DNA from: Gammaproteobacteria bacterium UBA7449
Lineage (GTDB): Bacteria; Pseudomonadota; Gammaproteobacteria; Pseudomonadales; Pseudohongiellaceae
Assembly: GCA_002477465.1 (NCBI GenBank)
Contig: DLPV01000026.1
Span: 14,597-78,596 of the forward strand
Reading direction: 5' to 3'
Length of the DNA stretch: 64,000 nucleotides
Positions within the stretch are counted from its first letter, which is position 1. The number at the start of each line of letters is the position of its first letter. The notes under the pieces were generated by a model, which made no database searches, had not been told where the DNA came from, and saw only the letters and a list, made by a program, of their open reading frames with translations. Below are positions 1-10,647 of the stretch, piece after piece. Both the position numbers and the translations under genes were made by a program.

Positions 1-260
1 TAGCGCCTGCGCCCCAAACCCTACAGTTCATTGATATCGACTCAATTGTGCAGAAGTATACCACTTTTAGAATGACAGGCGCATGTCAGCCTGAGCCGAG
101 GTACACCTTATTTTTCTGAGGATTAATCTTTGCTCCACCGCTCTGGTTTCCTCTCTGTGGCGCTTTAATATATGCTTCTGCAGCTTTGAGCTGGTTTCGC
201 GGGGTTAGCCAAAGCGCCAGACTTGGCCAAACATCAGAGAACCTTGGAGGACAGATAGTA

Positions 261-815
261 TTGAAAGCGCTCGAGGCCCTGCATTCCCGCACTTCTTCCC
301 CCAGGCTATGCGATCCTGCCCCCAGCCATGAGCAGCTGGACAGCATGTTCAGGGCGGCACTCCGGGCCGCTGACCATGGCCTGCTGCGACCTTGGCGCTT
401 CTTGCTCATCCGCGGCGAGGCGCGCAATCGACTCGGGGATCTGTTTGTGGAGGCCGCGACCCATGAAAATAATGAAATCAGCGAAGTTCAACGGGAGAAA
501 CTGCGAGCGAAGCCACTGCGGGCGCCTCTCATTGTTGTGACAATCTCAAGCCCTCAGCCACACCCCAAGGTACCCGAGTTTGAGCAGGACTTATCAGCAG
601 CCGCTGCTACCCAGAACATTATTAACGCAGCCTATGCTGTCGGCGTGGGCGCGATGTGGCGGTCGGGATCGCCAGCATTTCAGGATATCGTGCATCGCGG
701 CCTGGGTTTGCAGGGCAACGAAAAAATTGTCGGCTTCCTCTATCTCGGCACCCTGTCCGGCCCCGCCAAACCGCGCCCCAGCACCGATTATTCGGAATAT
801 GTGAAGGAGTGGTAG
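261..815 (+). CDS. ydjA: NAD(P)H nitroreductase, YdjA-like
   Basis: Full-length resemblance to YdjA-type nitroreductases (RPWRFLLIRGEAR, KIVGFLYLGT). The tracked ORF starts at 186, but similarity begins at KALEALHSR. TTG at 261 lies 9 nt after GGAGGA (246-251), so 261 was chosen. Confidence 0.8.
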   Translation: MKALEALHSRTSSPRLCDPAPSHEQLDSMFRAALRAADHGLLRPWRFLLIRGEARNRLGDLFVEAATHENNEISEVQREKLRAKPLRAPLIVVTISSPQPHPKVPEFEQDLSAAAATQNIINAAYAVGVGAMWRSGSPAFQDIVHRGLGLQGNEKIVGFLYLGTLSGPAKPRPSTDYSEYVKEW

Positions 816-837
816 TTTGGGCAGTCGCAGCATCGAC

Positions 838-1221
838 ATGCAATGCTGGAAGTGCGGTGCCGAGCTCAAGCACCTGCTGCTGCCGTTTTCCCGGTACGAG
901 GAGTGTAGCGTATGCAAAGCTGACCTCCATGCCTGCCTGGCATGTCTTCATTACGCCCCCAATCTGTCGGATGCCTGCGAGGAAGACCGCGCAGATTTCA
1001 TCCTGGATAAAGACAAGGCAAACTTCTGTGATTACTTCAGGGTCAACACCAAGGCCTATCAAAAGCAGGAAAATACTGCAACCAGCGAGGCGCGTAGCAA
1101 ACTTGCAGCGCTATTCGGAGAAGAACTTCCCGAAGCGGATGAGACAGCCGAGCAATCACCCCAATCGGATGCCGATCGCGCTCTGGCCGAACTAAAACGC
1201 CTGTTTGGAGATGAGGAATAG
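838..1221 (+). CDS. Cys-rich zinc-ribbon protein with acidic C-terminal tail (function unknown)
   Basis: The ORF contains CWKC, CSVC and CLAC pairs plus further Cys residues. ATG at 838 is preferred over the tracked TTG at 817. The gene is tightly packed between ydjA and the acyltransferase gene. Confidence 0.55.
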   Translation: MQCWKCGAELKHLLLPFSRYEECSVCKADLHACLACLHYAPNLSDACEEDRADFILDKDKANFCDYFRVNTKAYQKQENTATSEARSKLAALFGEELPEADETAEQSPQSDADRALAELKRLFGDEE

Positions 1222-1224
1222 TCT

Positions 1225-1800
1225 ATGCGTACTACGGTGTTCTCAACGCCCTTGCTGACCCCAGTCCTGCGAGGATTGGCACTGCTAATCCTTGTCCTGA
1301 TCGGTTGGTCGACGCGCGGAGAGCCTCTCGCGCATCAACGCTGTGTATTGATTGGCGCACCTCATACCAGCAATTGGGATTTCCCCCTAATGCTATTGGT
1401 GGTCCTCAAACTCAAGCTGCGGTTATTCTGGATGGGCAAGCATACCCTGTTCCCCTTTCCTTTTGGTTGGCTGATGAAATGGCTAGGCGGCATTCCTATC
1501 AATCGGTCCGCCTCCCATAATGTTGTGAACGAAACCGTGCGCCAGTACGCTGAGAATGACCAGCTGATTATATTGATCCCGCCCGAAGGAACCCGCAGCA
1601 AGGTTACGCGTTGGAAGACAGGGTTCTATCACATAGCCAACAACGCCGAAGTTCCAATCCTGTTGGGTTATGTTGACGCCAGCAAGAAAGAAGCGGGCTT
1701 CGCTGACTTCTTTACGCCTACCGGAGATTTGGAAAAAGACATGGTCGAAATCCGGGCGTTCTATGCAAACAAGCGAGGTCTGCTGGCGAAAAACAGCTGA
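1225..1800 (+). CDS. Lysophospholipid (1-acyl-sn-glycerol-3-phosphate) acyltransferase family protein
   Basis: HX4D-type motif (HTSNWD) and PEGTRS motif, with an N-terminal hydrophobic segment. It starts 3 nt after the previous stop. Confidence 0.7.
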   Translation: MRTTVFSTPLLTPVLRGLALLILVLIGWSTRGEPLAHQRCVLIGAPHTSNWDFPLMLLVVLKLKLRLFWMGKHTLFPFPFGWLMKWLGGIPINRSASHNVVNETVRQYAENDQLIILIPPEGTRSKVTRWKTGFYHIANNAEVPILLGYVDASKKEAGFADFFTPTGDLEKDMVEIRAFYANKRGLLAKNS

Positions 1801-1822
1801 TTCTGGCCAGCTCCCGGCATAC

Positions 1823-2557
1823 CTATTTTCTGCGACCAATAGAACGAGCCGCGCCTTCGTATTGCAAGCATCGCAACATACTTTCGAGAATATGCTCGGC
1901 ATACTCTTCCATGCTCACCTCATGGAGCTTGAACTTCCAATGCTTAAGGTGCCACTGCTGCAACTGGGCAGTAACAGATGCCGCCAGCAAAGTGGGTTTT
2001 TCACAAACGAATTGCCCCTTGCTGATACCAGACTGAATCGCATCTACAAGCAGGCTATCGAAGCGCAGCTCAAGATCCATTGCCTGCTGCTGTTGCTCCT
2101 TGTCTAAACCTTTCAATTCCATGTAACAAAAGTAATACCAGGGATTCATAATCTGTATCATAAAAATTTCACCGCAGATAATTGCCTGCAGGCGGTCGAC
2201 CGGGTCAAGGTCCTCGTCAACCAGCTCGCCAATCACTCTATCGATGTAAGTACGCAGAACACCTTCTATCACGGAGGCCAGGTCATTTTTGCTACCAATA
2301 TATGCGTACAGCCCACCCATACTGATACCAGTTTCCCGACTGAGGTCCCGCAAACTCATGGCCTGAAACCCTTTGGCATTCGCGAGCTTAAAAGTCGCGG
2401 TTATTATTTTTTCGAGATTAAATATCGCAACTTTGGGGTTCTTGACCTGCATCTTGTCTTGATGCATGAAAAACACGGCAGACCAGAACGGCTCACCCTC
2501 TAGTGTCCAGGCCCGCTTGAAAGCTTCCATTGTTGTTTCTTGAGGCCAATCTGCCAC
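1823..2557 (-). CDS. TetR/AcrR family transcriptional regulator
   Basis: N-terminal HTH signature (LRDLSRETGISMGGLYAYIGSKNDL) and typical TetR length. Confidence 0.8.
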   Translation of the reverse strand: MADWPQETTMEAFKRAWTLEGEPFWSAVFFMHQDKMQVKNPKVAIFNLEKIITATFKLANAKGFQAMSLRDLSRETGISMGGLYAYIGSKNDLASVIEGVLRTYIDRVIGELVDEDLDPVDRLQAIICGEIFMIQIMNPWYYFCYMELKGLDKEQQQQAMDLELRFDSLLVDAIQSGISKGQFVCEKPTLLAASVTAQLQQWHLKHWKFKLHEVSMEEYAEHILESMLRCLQYEGAARSIGRRK

Positions 2558-2784
2558 GTTTCGTTTGCTCTTTAAAAAACCCTGATGGCGCGTTCAGGGC
2601 ACCATCGCTGGGGGCAGCAACTTACAATTTGAGTCTTGCGGTAGCAGCTGCAGGGTTTTATATCAAACTGATTTGACTTTGTCTCTGCCCGTGAACAACG
2701 CTCGGATGCCGAATAGCGCATTTAATTTCCTGAATAGTCAATGAGCCACCGATCACCGTTAAGGAACGTTTGGTTTATTAAGCT

Positions 2785-3492
2785 CTATAACCAATAGGAT
2801 AGTATCGCCGTGGAGCCAGCCACCCCACACAAGATCAAGGAAGCTTTGCGCAGTCGTTGATGAGAGATCAGGTGTAGCGTCTTCATAGCCACCCAATAAC
2901 CAGCGAGGGTCGCCGGCATCAGCGGCAGGGATATGAGAAGATGCGGCATAGCAAAACGGTCCACTGTTGCCAACATCGCCAGAGACAAGATACAGCTCAC
3001 CACAAAGAATGCCGCCAGATTCGCCCTGATAAAGTCGTTCGCTTCGTGCTGCAACACCAACGCCATGGGCGGCCCTCCAATTGACGAACTGGTGCCCATG
3101 AATCCCGAGAGAAAACCGGCAGAGAACATCGCTGGAGACGTAGGTTTTAGCATCACGTTCGACAGACTCAGGGCCACCGCTGCAATCACCGAAATCCCTA
3201 GCCACAGGGCGAGTGCGCGCTGATCGATCCAGAGCAGCAACATACCGCCGGCAATAGTGCCTGGTATCCTGCCGAGTATCGCGTACTTCAAACCTGCAAA
3301 AGAAATCGATTTCCAGAACTTGGCGGAATTAGCCACGGACAGGGTCAGCGCGCAGACGGTTATGGGCGCCGGCACATAGAGTGGATCAATAAAATAGAGC
3401 AGCGGCGCAGCAATTATGGCGAGACCGAAGCCAATGGAACTCTGCACAAAAGAGCCCACAAAGATCACAGTGACTGCGAATAGAATTTCCAC
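2785..3492 (-). CDS. TauE/SafE family sulfite/anion exporter (membrane protein)
   Basis: Polytopic hydrophobic 235-aa protein with Gly-rich TM helices typical of the TauE/SafE (DUF81) family. Confidence 0.65.
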   Translation of the reverse strand: MEILFAVTVIFVGSFVQSSIGFGLAIIAAPLLYFIDPLYVPAPITVCALTLSVANSAKFWKSISFAGLKYAILGRIPGTIAGGMLLLWIDQRALALWLGISVIAAVALSLSNVMLKPTSPAMFSAGFLSGFMGTSSSIGGPPMALVLQHEANDFIRANLAAFFVVSCILSLAMLATVDRFAMPHLLISLPLMPATLAGYWVAMKTLHLISHQRLRKASLILCGVAGSTAILSYWL

Positions 3493-3789
3493 GTAGGTTC
3501 CTTCTGCCTTGGAATTCGGGTTTGGTCAGGCACTATTAATCTGCGCCCCATGAGAAGCGGCGGATGATACCCGTAGACGCTGGCTATCTCCAGTGGCGCA
3601 TCCCATTGCCTCGGTGTGCGACTTATTAGCGCTTGGGCCTGCGCTGTTTTGCAATTGCCAAAGCATCTCTTGTAGCATCTCCTGTATTATCAATAGCAGC
3701 AAGCCCAGCAGATTTTTATTGCCCTACTGGCGGCCGATTGACGGTGTGGGCATGCTGTTAAACCATCCCAGAACAAGAAGGACGACACC

Positions 3790-4896
3790 ATGAAAACCCG
3801 TGCCGCTGTAGCGTTTTCCGCAGGTAAACCCCTCGAGGTCATCGAAGTCGACCTGGAGGGACCGAAAGCTGGGGAAGTCCTGGTCGAAATAAAGGCCACC
3901 GGAATTTGTCATACCGACGCCTTTACGCTCTCGGGAGATGATCCTGAGGGTGCATTTCCCGCGATTCTCGGACACGAAGGCGCCGGCATCGTGGTTGAAG
4001 TCGGAAGTGGCGTTAAGTCGGTCAAGCCAGGAGACGCCGTTATCCCCCTTTACACACCGGAATGCCGGGAATGTGATTTCTGCCTCCATCCTAAAACCAA
4101 TCTCTGTCAGTCCATTCGCAGCACTCAGGGCCAGGGACTGATGCCTGATGGCAGCAGCCGCTTCTCGCTGGATGGTGAGCCAATTTTGCACTACATGGGT
4201 TGCTCAACTTTTTCCAATTTCACGGTGATGCCAGAAATTGCACTGGCAAAAATTAGGGAGGATGCACCCTTCGATAAGGTCTGTTACATCGGCTGCGGCG
4301 TGACCACTGGCGTCGGCGCAGTGGCGTTTGATGCCAAGGTCGAGCCCGGCAGTACCGTCGCCGTGTTTGGCCTGGGCGGAATTGGGCTAAACGTAATCCA
4401 GGGTGCGCGCATGGTAAGTGCAGACCGCATTATTGGCGTCGATATCAACCCTACCCGTGCCAAACTTGGCACCCAGTTCGGCATGACTGACTTTATTAAT
4501 CCCAAGGATGTAGATGATGTCACCCAGGCCATCATCGATCTTACCGGCGGCGGTGTGGATTACTCCTTTGAGTGCATAGGCAATATTGACACTATGCGGC
4601 AGGCGCTAGAATGTTGCCATAAGGGCTGGGGCGAATCCTTTATCATCGGCGTTGCCGGGGCTGGTCAGGAAATTTCGACCCGACCATTTCAACTGGTGAC
4701 AGGTAGATCATGGCGAGGCACGGCCTTTGGAGGTGCCCGCGGCCGCACCGACGTCCCCCGCATCGTTGACTGGTACATGGATGGCAAGATAGAGATTGAT
4801 CCCCTTATTACTCATACGCTGGCGCTGGAAGATATCAACAGCGCCTTTGACTTGATGCACGCTGGTGCGAGCATCCGCTCTGTCGTCGTTTATTGA
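3790..4896 (+). CDS. frmA: S-(hydroxymethyl)glutathione dehydrogenase / class III alcohol dehydrogenase
   Basis: Very strong class III ADH signature ([44 protein letters not shown]) over 368 aa. Confidence 0.93.
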   Translation: MKTRAAVAFSAGKPLEVIEVDLEGPKAGEVLVEIKATGICHTDAFTLSGDDPEGAFPAILGHEGAGIVVEVGSGVKSVKPGDAVIPLYTPECRECDFCLHPKTNLCQSIRSTQGQGLMPDGSSRFSLDGEPILHYMGCSTFSNFTVMPEIALAKIREDAPFDKVCYIGCGVTTGVGAVAFDAKVEPGSTVAVFGLGGIGLNVIQGARMVSADRIIGVDINPTRAKLGTQFGMTDFINPKDVDDVTQAIIDLTGGGVDYSFECIGNIDTMRQALECCHKGWGESFIIGVAGAGQEISTRPFQLVTGRSWRGTAFGGARGRTDVPRIVDWYMDGKIEIDPLITHTLALEDINSAFDLMHAGASIRSVVVY

Positions 4897-4926
4897 CTTC
4901 AGCGGAAGCTATCAGGAATTAAATTC

Positions 4927-5346
4927 ATGAAATATTTACACACAATGGTTCGGGTAACTGACCTGGACAGCTCGCTGGAGTTTTATTGCAAACAACTCGG
5001 CCTGGAGGAACTCCGCCGCTACGACAATGAGCAGGGTCGCTTTAGCCTCATTTTTCTCGCGGCACCTGGCGACACTGAAGCGCAAGTTGAGCTCACCTAC
5101 AACTGGGATCCTGAGGAGTATGGTGAAGGCCGAAATTTTGGGCACCTGGCCTATGCCGTTGACGACATCTATGCCCTTTGCCAGCATCTGCAGGATTGCG
5201 GCGTCACTATCAACCGCCCGCCCCGGGATGGCCGCATGGCGTTTGTGCGCTCCCCTGACAACATATCCATAGAACTGCTGCAAAAGGGTGAGCCATTGCC
5301 GGCCAAAGAGCCCTGGGCCTCGATGGAGAACACCGGCAGCTGGTAG
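4927..5346 (+). CDS. gloA: Lactoylglutathione lyase (glyoxalase I)
   Basis: Collinear with E. coli GloA (LHTMVRVTDLDSSLEFY, ELTYNW, GHLAY, IELL). 139 aa. Confidence 0.85.
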   Translation: MKYLHTMVRVTDLDSSLEFYCKQLGLEELRRYDNEQGRFSLIFLAAPGDTEAQVELTYNWDPEEYGEGRNFGHLAYAVDDIYALCQHLQDCGVTINRPPRDGRMAFVRSPDNISIELLQKGEPLPAKEPWASMENTGSW

Positions 5347-5477
5347 GCTCAGCTTGAGCTAGCTGCAGGGCTCGTTTATGATACGGGCCCTTCTGAATAT
5401 CGTCTCTCATTGGCAGATTCCCTGCCAGGAGAACTCGCCAGCAATCAATAGCACTGCTAGTTACCGGACCAAACGCG

Positions 5478-6359
5478 ATGCAACTACTCGATGGAACTGC
5501 CTGTTCTCAACAAATCCGAAAGGAAATAGCCACAGAGGTTGAGGCCTTAATCACACAGGGAAAAAGAGCACCCCACCTGGCCGCAGTGCTGGTCGGAGAC
5601 GACGGTGCCAGCCAGAACTATGTCGGCATGAAAGTTCGTGACTGCGAAGAAGTGGGGTTTGGCTCCACCACCATCCGGCTCGACGCCAACACCACAGAAG
5701 ACGAACTGTTGGCCAAAATCGCAGAACTCAACGCCTATGATGGCATTGATGGCTTTATCGTGCAGTTGCCCTTGCCACCCCAGATCGATGAGAACAAGGT
5801 AATCCTTGCCATCGACCCCAGCAAAGACGTCGATGGCTTTTGCCCGGAAAACGTTGGCAATCTCAGCCTCGGATTACCTACATTCATCTCCGCGACGCCC
5901 AATGGCATCATGGAACTGCTGCGTCGGTATAAGGTGGAGACGGAAGGCAAACACTGTGTCGTCCTGGGCCGCAGCAATATCGTCGGCACTCCTATGGCCG
6001 TTTTGATGTCGCGCAACACCAATCCCGGCAACGCGACAGTGACCATTGCCCACAGCCGCACAAAAAACCTCAAGGAAGTCTGCCTGAGCGCTGATATTCT
6101 TATTGTGGCAATCGGGAAAACCGAGTTTGTTACCGCTGACATGGTTAAACCTGGCGCAGTGGTCATAGACGTTGGTCAAACCAGGGTGCCAGATAGCTCT
6201 CGCAAATCCGGCTTCCGTAATGTCGGTGATGTCGACTTCGAAAACGTCAAGGACAAGTGTTCCTACATCACCTATGTGACCGGTGGCGTCGGCCCAATGA
6301 CCCGCGCTTCATTGTTACAGAACACCCTTAAAGCTTGTCAACGCAGATCCAACAGTTAA
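5478..6359 (+). CDS. folD: Bifunctional methylenetetrahydrofolate dehydrogenase/cyclohydrolase
   Basis: FolD motifs ([44 protein letters not shown]-like TGGVGPMT). Confidence 0.93.
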   Translation: MQLLDGTACSQQIRKEIATEVEALITQGKRAPHLAAVLVGDDGASQNYVGMKVRDCEEVGFGSTTIRLDANTTEDELLAKIAELNAYDGIDGFIVQLPLPPQIDENKVILAIDPSKDVDGFCPENVGNLSLGLPTFISATPNGIMELLRRYKVETEGKHCVVLGRSNIVGTPMAVLMSRNTNPGNATVTIAHSRTKNLKEVCLSADILIVAIGKTEFVTADMVKPGAVVIDVGQTRVPDSSRKSGFRNVGDVDFENVKDKCSYITYVTGGVGPMTRASLLQNTLKACQRRSNS

Positions 6360-6378
6360 CACAGATAGAGACAGCCTC

Positions 6379-7575
6379 ATGTTCCAGTCACTTCAGCCGC
6401 TTCCCCCAGACCCTATTCTCGGTTTATCAGCCGCCTATCGCGCAGACGAAAATCCCAAAAAGGTTGATCTAGGCGTGGGCGTTTACAAAGACGCCAATGG
6501 CAAAACCGCGGTCATGCGCGCGGTAAAGCACGCAGAAGAATTTCTGGTTAATTCTCAGGAAACGAAGGCTTACGTCGGCCCTACCGGTGCTGCCGGCTAC
6601 AACGACATTATTGCCACCATGGTGCTGGGTGAATCGCTGAAACAGTCTCTCGGTGGACGCAGGGTCACCGTGCAAACCCCTGGCGGTTGCGGTGGCTTAA
6701 GACTCGCAGCCGAATTCATCGTGAAGGCGAATGCGGATGCGACAGTCTGGGTGAGCGATCCAACCTGGGCCAACCACGTCCCACTGTTGGGATCCGCCGG
6801 CTTGAAGATTGAACAATATCCCTATTACGACTACGACACCCACTCCGTTCGTTTCGATGAGATGCTGAGCTGCCTGCAGCAGGTTCCCGCCGGTGATCTC
6901 GTTTTACTGCACGGCTGTTGTCACAACCCCAGCGGCGCTGACCTCACCCAGGCGCAGTGGCAAGCCATTAAGGAAGTCGCATTGTCGCAGGGCTTTACAG
7001 TGTTCATTGACCTGGCTTATCAAGGGCTGGGCGATGGATTGGAGCAGGACGTTTACGGCGTCCGCTTGCTGGCCGAAGCCCTGCCAGAGCTCATTGTGGT
7101 GAGTTCCTGCTCAAAGAATTTTGGCCTGTATCGGGAACGCACGGGCGCCCTCACCCTCATTTGTGAAAATGACGCGGCTGCGAGTGCCGCAACCACATTG
7201 CTTGCTGCGGCCGCCCGCGCAAACTACTCCATGCCGCCTGATCACGGTGCCGCTATTGTGCAAACTGTTATGCAGAATCCTGAGCTTCAGGCCGACTGGG
7301 ATGCAGAACTCAAGGAAGTGAGGGATCGTATCAATAGCCTGCGCTCTCTGCTGGTTTCAAGTCTGCGCGCGGCAGGGTTAGAGCGAGACTTCAGCTTCAT
7401 TGAGCGCGAGAAAGGCATGTTCTCCTTCCTCGGCGTCAACAAGGCTCAAATACAGACACTGATTAATGACTACAGCATCTACCTGGTCGGGTCCAGCCGT
7501 ATCAACGTCGCCAGCATTAACGACAGCAACCTTGACTATCTCGTCGACAGCGTAGCTGCTGTGCTCAAAAGTTGA
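6379..7575 (+). CDS. Aromatic-amino-acid / aspartate aminotransferase (class I, AspC/TyrB type)
   Basis: N-terminus PPDPILGL..YRAD..P.KVDLGVGVYKD..GKT and the SCSKNFGLYRERTGAL PLP-lysine region. 398 aa. Confidence 0.9.
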   Translation: MFQSLQPLPPDPILGLSAAYRADENPKKVDLGVGVYKDANGKTAVMRAVKHAEEFLVNSQETKAYVGPTGAAGYNDIIATMVLGESLKQSLGGRRVTVQTPGGCGGLRLAAEFIVKANADATVWVSDPTWANHVPLLGSAGLKIEQYPYYDYDTHSVRFDEMLSCLQQVPAGDLVLLHGCCHNPSGADLTQAQWQAIKEVALSQGFTVFIDLAYQGLGDGLEQDVYGVRLLAEALPELIVVSSCSKNFGLYRERTGALTLICENDAAASAATTLLAAAARANYSMPPDHGAAIVQTVMQNPELQADWDAELKEVRDRINSLRSLLVSSLRAAGLERDFSFIEREKGMFSFLGVNKAQIQTLINDYSIYLVGSSRINVASINDSNLDYLVDSVAAVLKS

Positions 7576-7713
7576 ACTTGTATTTGGGACAGTGAAATAA
7601 GTGGAATACGGTCTTTTGGCTCGGCGCAGCTAGCCATTTCGACTCGCCCCTGTATTCGAATTTGTCAGCAAGTGAAACGCTAAAAGCGAAAACCGCAGCG
7701 CAAGCGTTAAGGT

Positions 7714-7915
7714 CTAGACCTTAACCGCAATCACGTTGGAACTAATGCCTTGGATCACGCAGTTAGTTGTAGCACCGGTAAGCTGCAGCCAGTCACAGTC
7801 TTTAGCATGACTGGCAACAATCACAGCATCCGCATCTAGCTTTTGATTTAGTTAGTAGGCTCACCGTAGACGATGTGAATCCGATCACTGGGAATGATCA
7901 GGCCTGCCCGCCAAT
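7714..7915 (-). pseudogene. Relic of a universal stress protein (UspA-family) gene, N-terminally truncated and frameshifted
   Basis: One minus-strand frame reads ..GLIIPSDRIHIVYGEPTN*. A second frame reads LNQKLDADAVIVASHAKDCDWLQLTGATTNCVIQGISSNVIAVKV* (7714-7851). Together they match the Usp C-terminal pattern (G.P...I......DLIV.GSHG....LGS....V......V.VV). There is no start codon and the fragments are too short for the ORF track. Confidence 0.5.
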
Positions 7916-7961
7916 GACAAAGAATTCTAAGGGAGACGAAACTTATGGCGCTTGATCTAAG

Positions 7962-9050
7962 TCAAGCTGAACGAGATTTCAGAGATGGTCCAATCTCAGC
8001 CGCGAAATCCCGCAAGATTTTTGCAGTTGTTTCCCAACTAACACAGGCATCAGTGATTGAGACACCGTATCGTATCTCTTCAAGATCGTCGGGAATCGGT
8101 TGATTACCTTCCACCAAATTGCTTTCCAACATTACGCCAATGATCGATTCGCTGCCTTGCTGAACCTGTTCTGCAACGGATTTAAGTACATCAAGTTGCT
8201 TAGCGGGATCCTTGCGCGAGTTTCCATGACTGCAATCGATCATGATGTTCTCTTGATGGCCGGCCTTACTTAAAACCTCTTCGCACTCGCGCACATATTG
8301 CGCCTCGTAATTGGGTGATTTACCGCCGCGAAGAATCACATGACAGTGTGGATTACCCTCCGTTCGGAATACTGCAACCTGCCCTTCTCCGGTTACACTG
8401 ATGAAGCTGTGATTGGCGGAGGCAGAACGGATACCATTAATTGCAACCATAACATCGCCATCAACATTATTTTTAAAGCCGATGGCTGAGGAAATACCGC
8501 TCGCCAACTTTCGATGGGTAGGTGACTCGGTGGTACGCGCACCGATAGCAGTCCAACTCACCAGGTCTTGCAAGTATTGCGGCGAGATGAGGTCCAGGGC
8601 CTCAATGGCGATGGGAAGCCCAAGCTCGGCTATTTCCAGCATTAATTTGCGACCAATGCGGATCCCCTGATCTATACGCATACTGCCATCGAGAAAAGGG
8701 TCGTAAATCAAACCCTCCCAGCCAACCGAGGTTCTCGGCTTTTCAAAGTAGACACGCATCAGGATGAGCAAATCATCCGCCAATTCATCTGCCAGAGGCT
8801 TTAACAGACGCGCGTATTCGAGCGCCTCCTCCGGGTTGTGAATGGAGCAAGGGCCAACCACTACAATCAGACGCTGATCCTCTCGATCAAGTATACCCTT
8901 GACTGAGCGATGCCCTTCTCTCACTGTTTTGAGGGCCTCACCTTCAAGGTGGAACTCTTTTTTCAGATCGTCTGGCGGCGGCAACAACTCGTAACCTGTT
9001 ATGTGCAGGTTATGAATTTCTCTCGTGCCTTTTTTGTGCTCCTTACCCAT
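7962..9050 (-). CDS. 3-deoxy-7-phosphoheptulonate (DAHP) synthase, class I
   Basis: Class I alpha DAHP synthase signatures (VVVGPCSIHNPEEALEYA, RVYFEKPRTSVGWEGLIYDP, IDCSHGNS). The isozyme (aroF/G/H) cannot be told from sequence alone. Confidence 0.92.
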   Translation of the reverse strand: MGKEHKKGTREIHNLHITGYELLPPPDDLKKEFHLEGEALKTVREGHRSVKGILDREDQRLIVVVGPCSIHNPEEALEYARLLKPLADELADDLLILMRVYFEKPRTSVGWEGLIYDPFLDGSMRIDQGIRIGRKLMLEIAELGLPIAIEALDLISPQYLQDLVSWTAIGARTTESPTHRKLASGISSAIGFKNNVDGDVMVAINGIRSASANHSFISVTGEGQVAVFRTEGNPHCHVILRGGKSPNYEAQYVRECEEVLSKAGHQENIMIDCSHGNSRKDPAKQLDVLKSVAEQVQQGSESIIGVMLESNLVEGNQPIPDDLEEIRYGVSITDACVSWETTAKILRDFAAEIGPSLKSRSA

Positions 9051-9245
9051 GGTGGCTCCGGACTTTTTCAGGACTGTGGATTATGGTGGAATCCGTATCT
9101 TAACTCAAAGCTATTTAGGGTTATTTTGCTGAAATTATTGTGCTAGCCCGTTGTTTCCATTACATTTCCGCCACGATAAGGACACGCGGGCTGCACCGAG
9201 CAGCATCAGATTGTGAAGCCTGTATCAAACCAAAGCGGAGAGCAA

Positions 9246-9812
9246 ATGCCCAAAGCCAGCGAATTAAAGAAAGGCATGATCGTAGATATCGACGGATCAC
9301 CACATATCGTCAAGCAACTGGAAGCGAAGTCACCTTCTTCACGGGGCGCGGCAACGCTTTACAAAGTGCGCTTCAACAATCTAACCACAGGCCAGAAACT
9401 GGATAGCTCATTCAAGGGCGAAGATATTCTGAAAGAAGCAGACTGCATGCGAGTTTCAGTCCAATACTCCTATCTGGATGGCGACATCTACTACTTCATG
9501 GATGTGGAGGACTATACCCAGTACGGCCTGAGCGCTGGACAGATCGAAGAGCAGATCCCCTACCTCGTAGAACAACAGGAAGACATCATCGCTCTAATCG
9601 TGGACGGGCACCTGGCCGCTATTGAACTCCCTCAATCCGTGAATCTGGAGGTTATTGAAACGCCGCCGGCAGTAACGGGTTCCTCAGCTACTAACCGGAC
9701 CAAAACCGCGCAGCTCTCAACCGGCCTCGAAATTCAGGTGCCAGAATATTTGGCGCCAGGTGAAACAGTAAAAGTAAATACCAACACGGGCAAGTTCATG
9801 TCGAGAGCGTAG
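9246..9812 (+). CDS. yeiP: Elongation factor P-like protein YeiP
   Basis: Collinear with E. coli YeiP (MPKASELKKGM.., SPSSRGAATLYKVRF, LEVIETPP, QVPEYL.PGE). ATG at 9246 was chosen over the tracked upstream start at 9213. Confidence 0.9.
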   Translation: MPKASELKKGMIVDIDGSPHIVKQLEAKSPSSRGAATLYKVRFNNLTTGQKLDSSFKGEDILKEADCMRVSVQYSYLDGDIYYFMDVEDYTQYGLSAGQIEEQIPYLVEQQEDIIALIVDGHLAAIELPQSVNLEVIETPPAVTGSSATNRTKTAQLSTGLEIQVPEYLAPGETVKVNTNTGKFMSRA

Positions 9813-9828
9813 CTTGGGAATTACAGCC

Positions 9829-10644
9829 CTAAAGAAACATCCACAGCAGCAGAGCACAGAAGCCACCACCAGCAAGACCAAGCACTAGACTCAAGCGGTC
9901 CTCATTGGTCTCATAGGTCCAGTTGGTAGCCGCTGGTTTCTTGCTGCTGCTTAGCTCTTCTTCCAGTTCCGCAAATTCTTCCTCCGACATGGCCATCTCA
10001 CTTGCCCCAAGGCTGGCGCGATGGATTGATTCCGTCTCGACCTCCAAGTTGTCGTCGGCATGTCTGGTATCCGTGAACCCTCTCCTCGCAGCGCGGCGAT
10101 TTACGACACTGTCGCCCACATCTGGTTTGGCATTTACCGCAGGGCTCTTGTCAGCACCGGCATGCGACTGACTGTGGGAATCTGCGGAAGCCTGCGCCCG
10201 TTTCGAGGCCGGCTTCGCAGCCACCAGTTCCTTGTCGACAAGTATTTTTCTTGCGTGCTGGTAAGCCTTGGTCGTCGTCGATAAAACCCGTTTTTCCAGG
10301 TTTCTGGACTTGGCAAAACCCAGCAAGGTGAAGCGAGTCCGCGGGTCTTTCAGCACGGTGACCAGGGACTGTTTGAATTTATCACTGCCGACATAGATTT
10401 CAGCGAGTTCGTACTGCTGCTCGAGACTGAGACCACTCTCGGATATAGATTCCCAATTTGCTTTTGTCAGATGCCTGTAGGCAGACAGAATAAAGCAGCG
10501 TGCCTGCTCCAGCAGATACTGCTGACCCAGCGCTTTGTCCAACTCCAGCATCAACTGCCGCAGGCTGGTGGACTCATCGAGGCTGATGCCAAGCGAACTT
10601 GCTAGCTCGGCCTGCTGTGAACTGATTTCCTGATTCGCTGTCAT
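9829..10644 (-). CDS. Hypothetical protein with C-terminal transmembrane anchor
   Basis: 271-aa ORF with a helical N-terminal half, a low-complexity charged middle and a single C-terminal hydrophobic helix (LSLVLGLAGGGFCALLLWMFL). Its start lies 3 nt after the upstream hydrolase stop. No recognisable family. Confidence 0.5.
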   Translation of the reverse strand: MTANQEISSQQAELASSLGISLDESTSLRQLMLELDKALGQQYLLEQARCFILSAYRHLTKANWESISESGLSLEQQYELAEIYVGSDKFKQSLVTVLKDPRTRFTLLGFAKSRNLEKRVLSTTTKAYQHARKILVDKELVAAKPASKRAQASADSHSQSHAGADKSPAVNAKPDVGDSVVNRRAARRGFTDTRHADDNLEVETESIHRASLGASEMAMSEEEFAELEEELSSSKKPAATNWTYETNEDRLSLVLGLAGGGFCALLLWMFL

Positions 10645-10647
10645 GTT

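Noticed and set aside
86-427. 113-aa minus-strand ORF at the window start
   Set aside because: It overlaps the ydjA coding region in antisense and has an Arg/Ser-rich, low-complexity translation.
2640-2680. Short inverted repeat TCAAA-CTGA-TTTGA as the TetR operator
   Set aside because: The arms are only 5 bp, the site lies about 100 nt from the tetR start, and the repeat is not distinguishable from chance.
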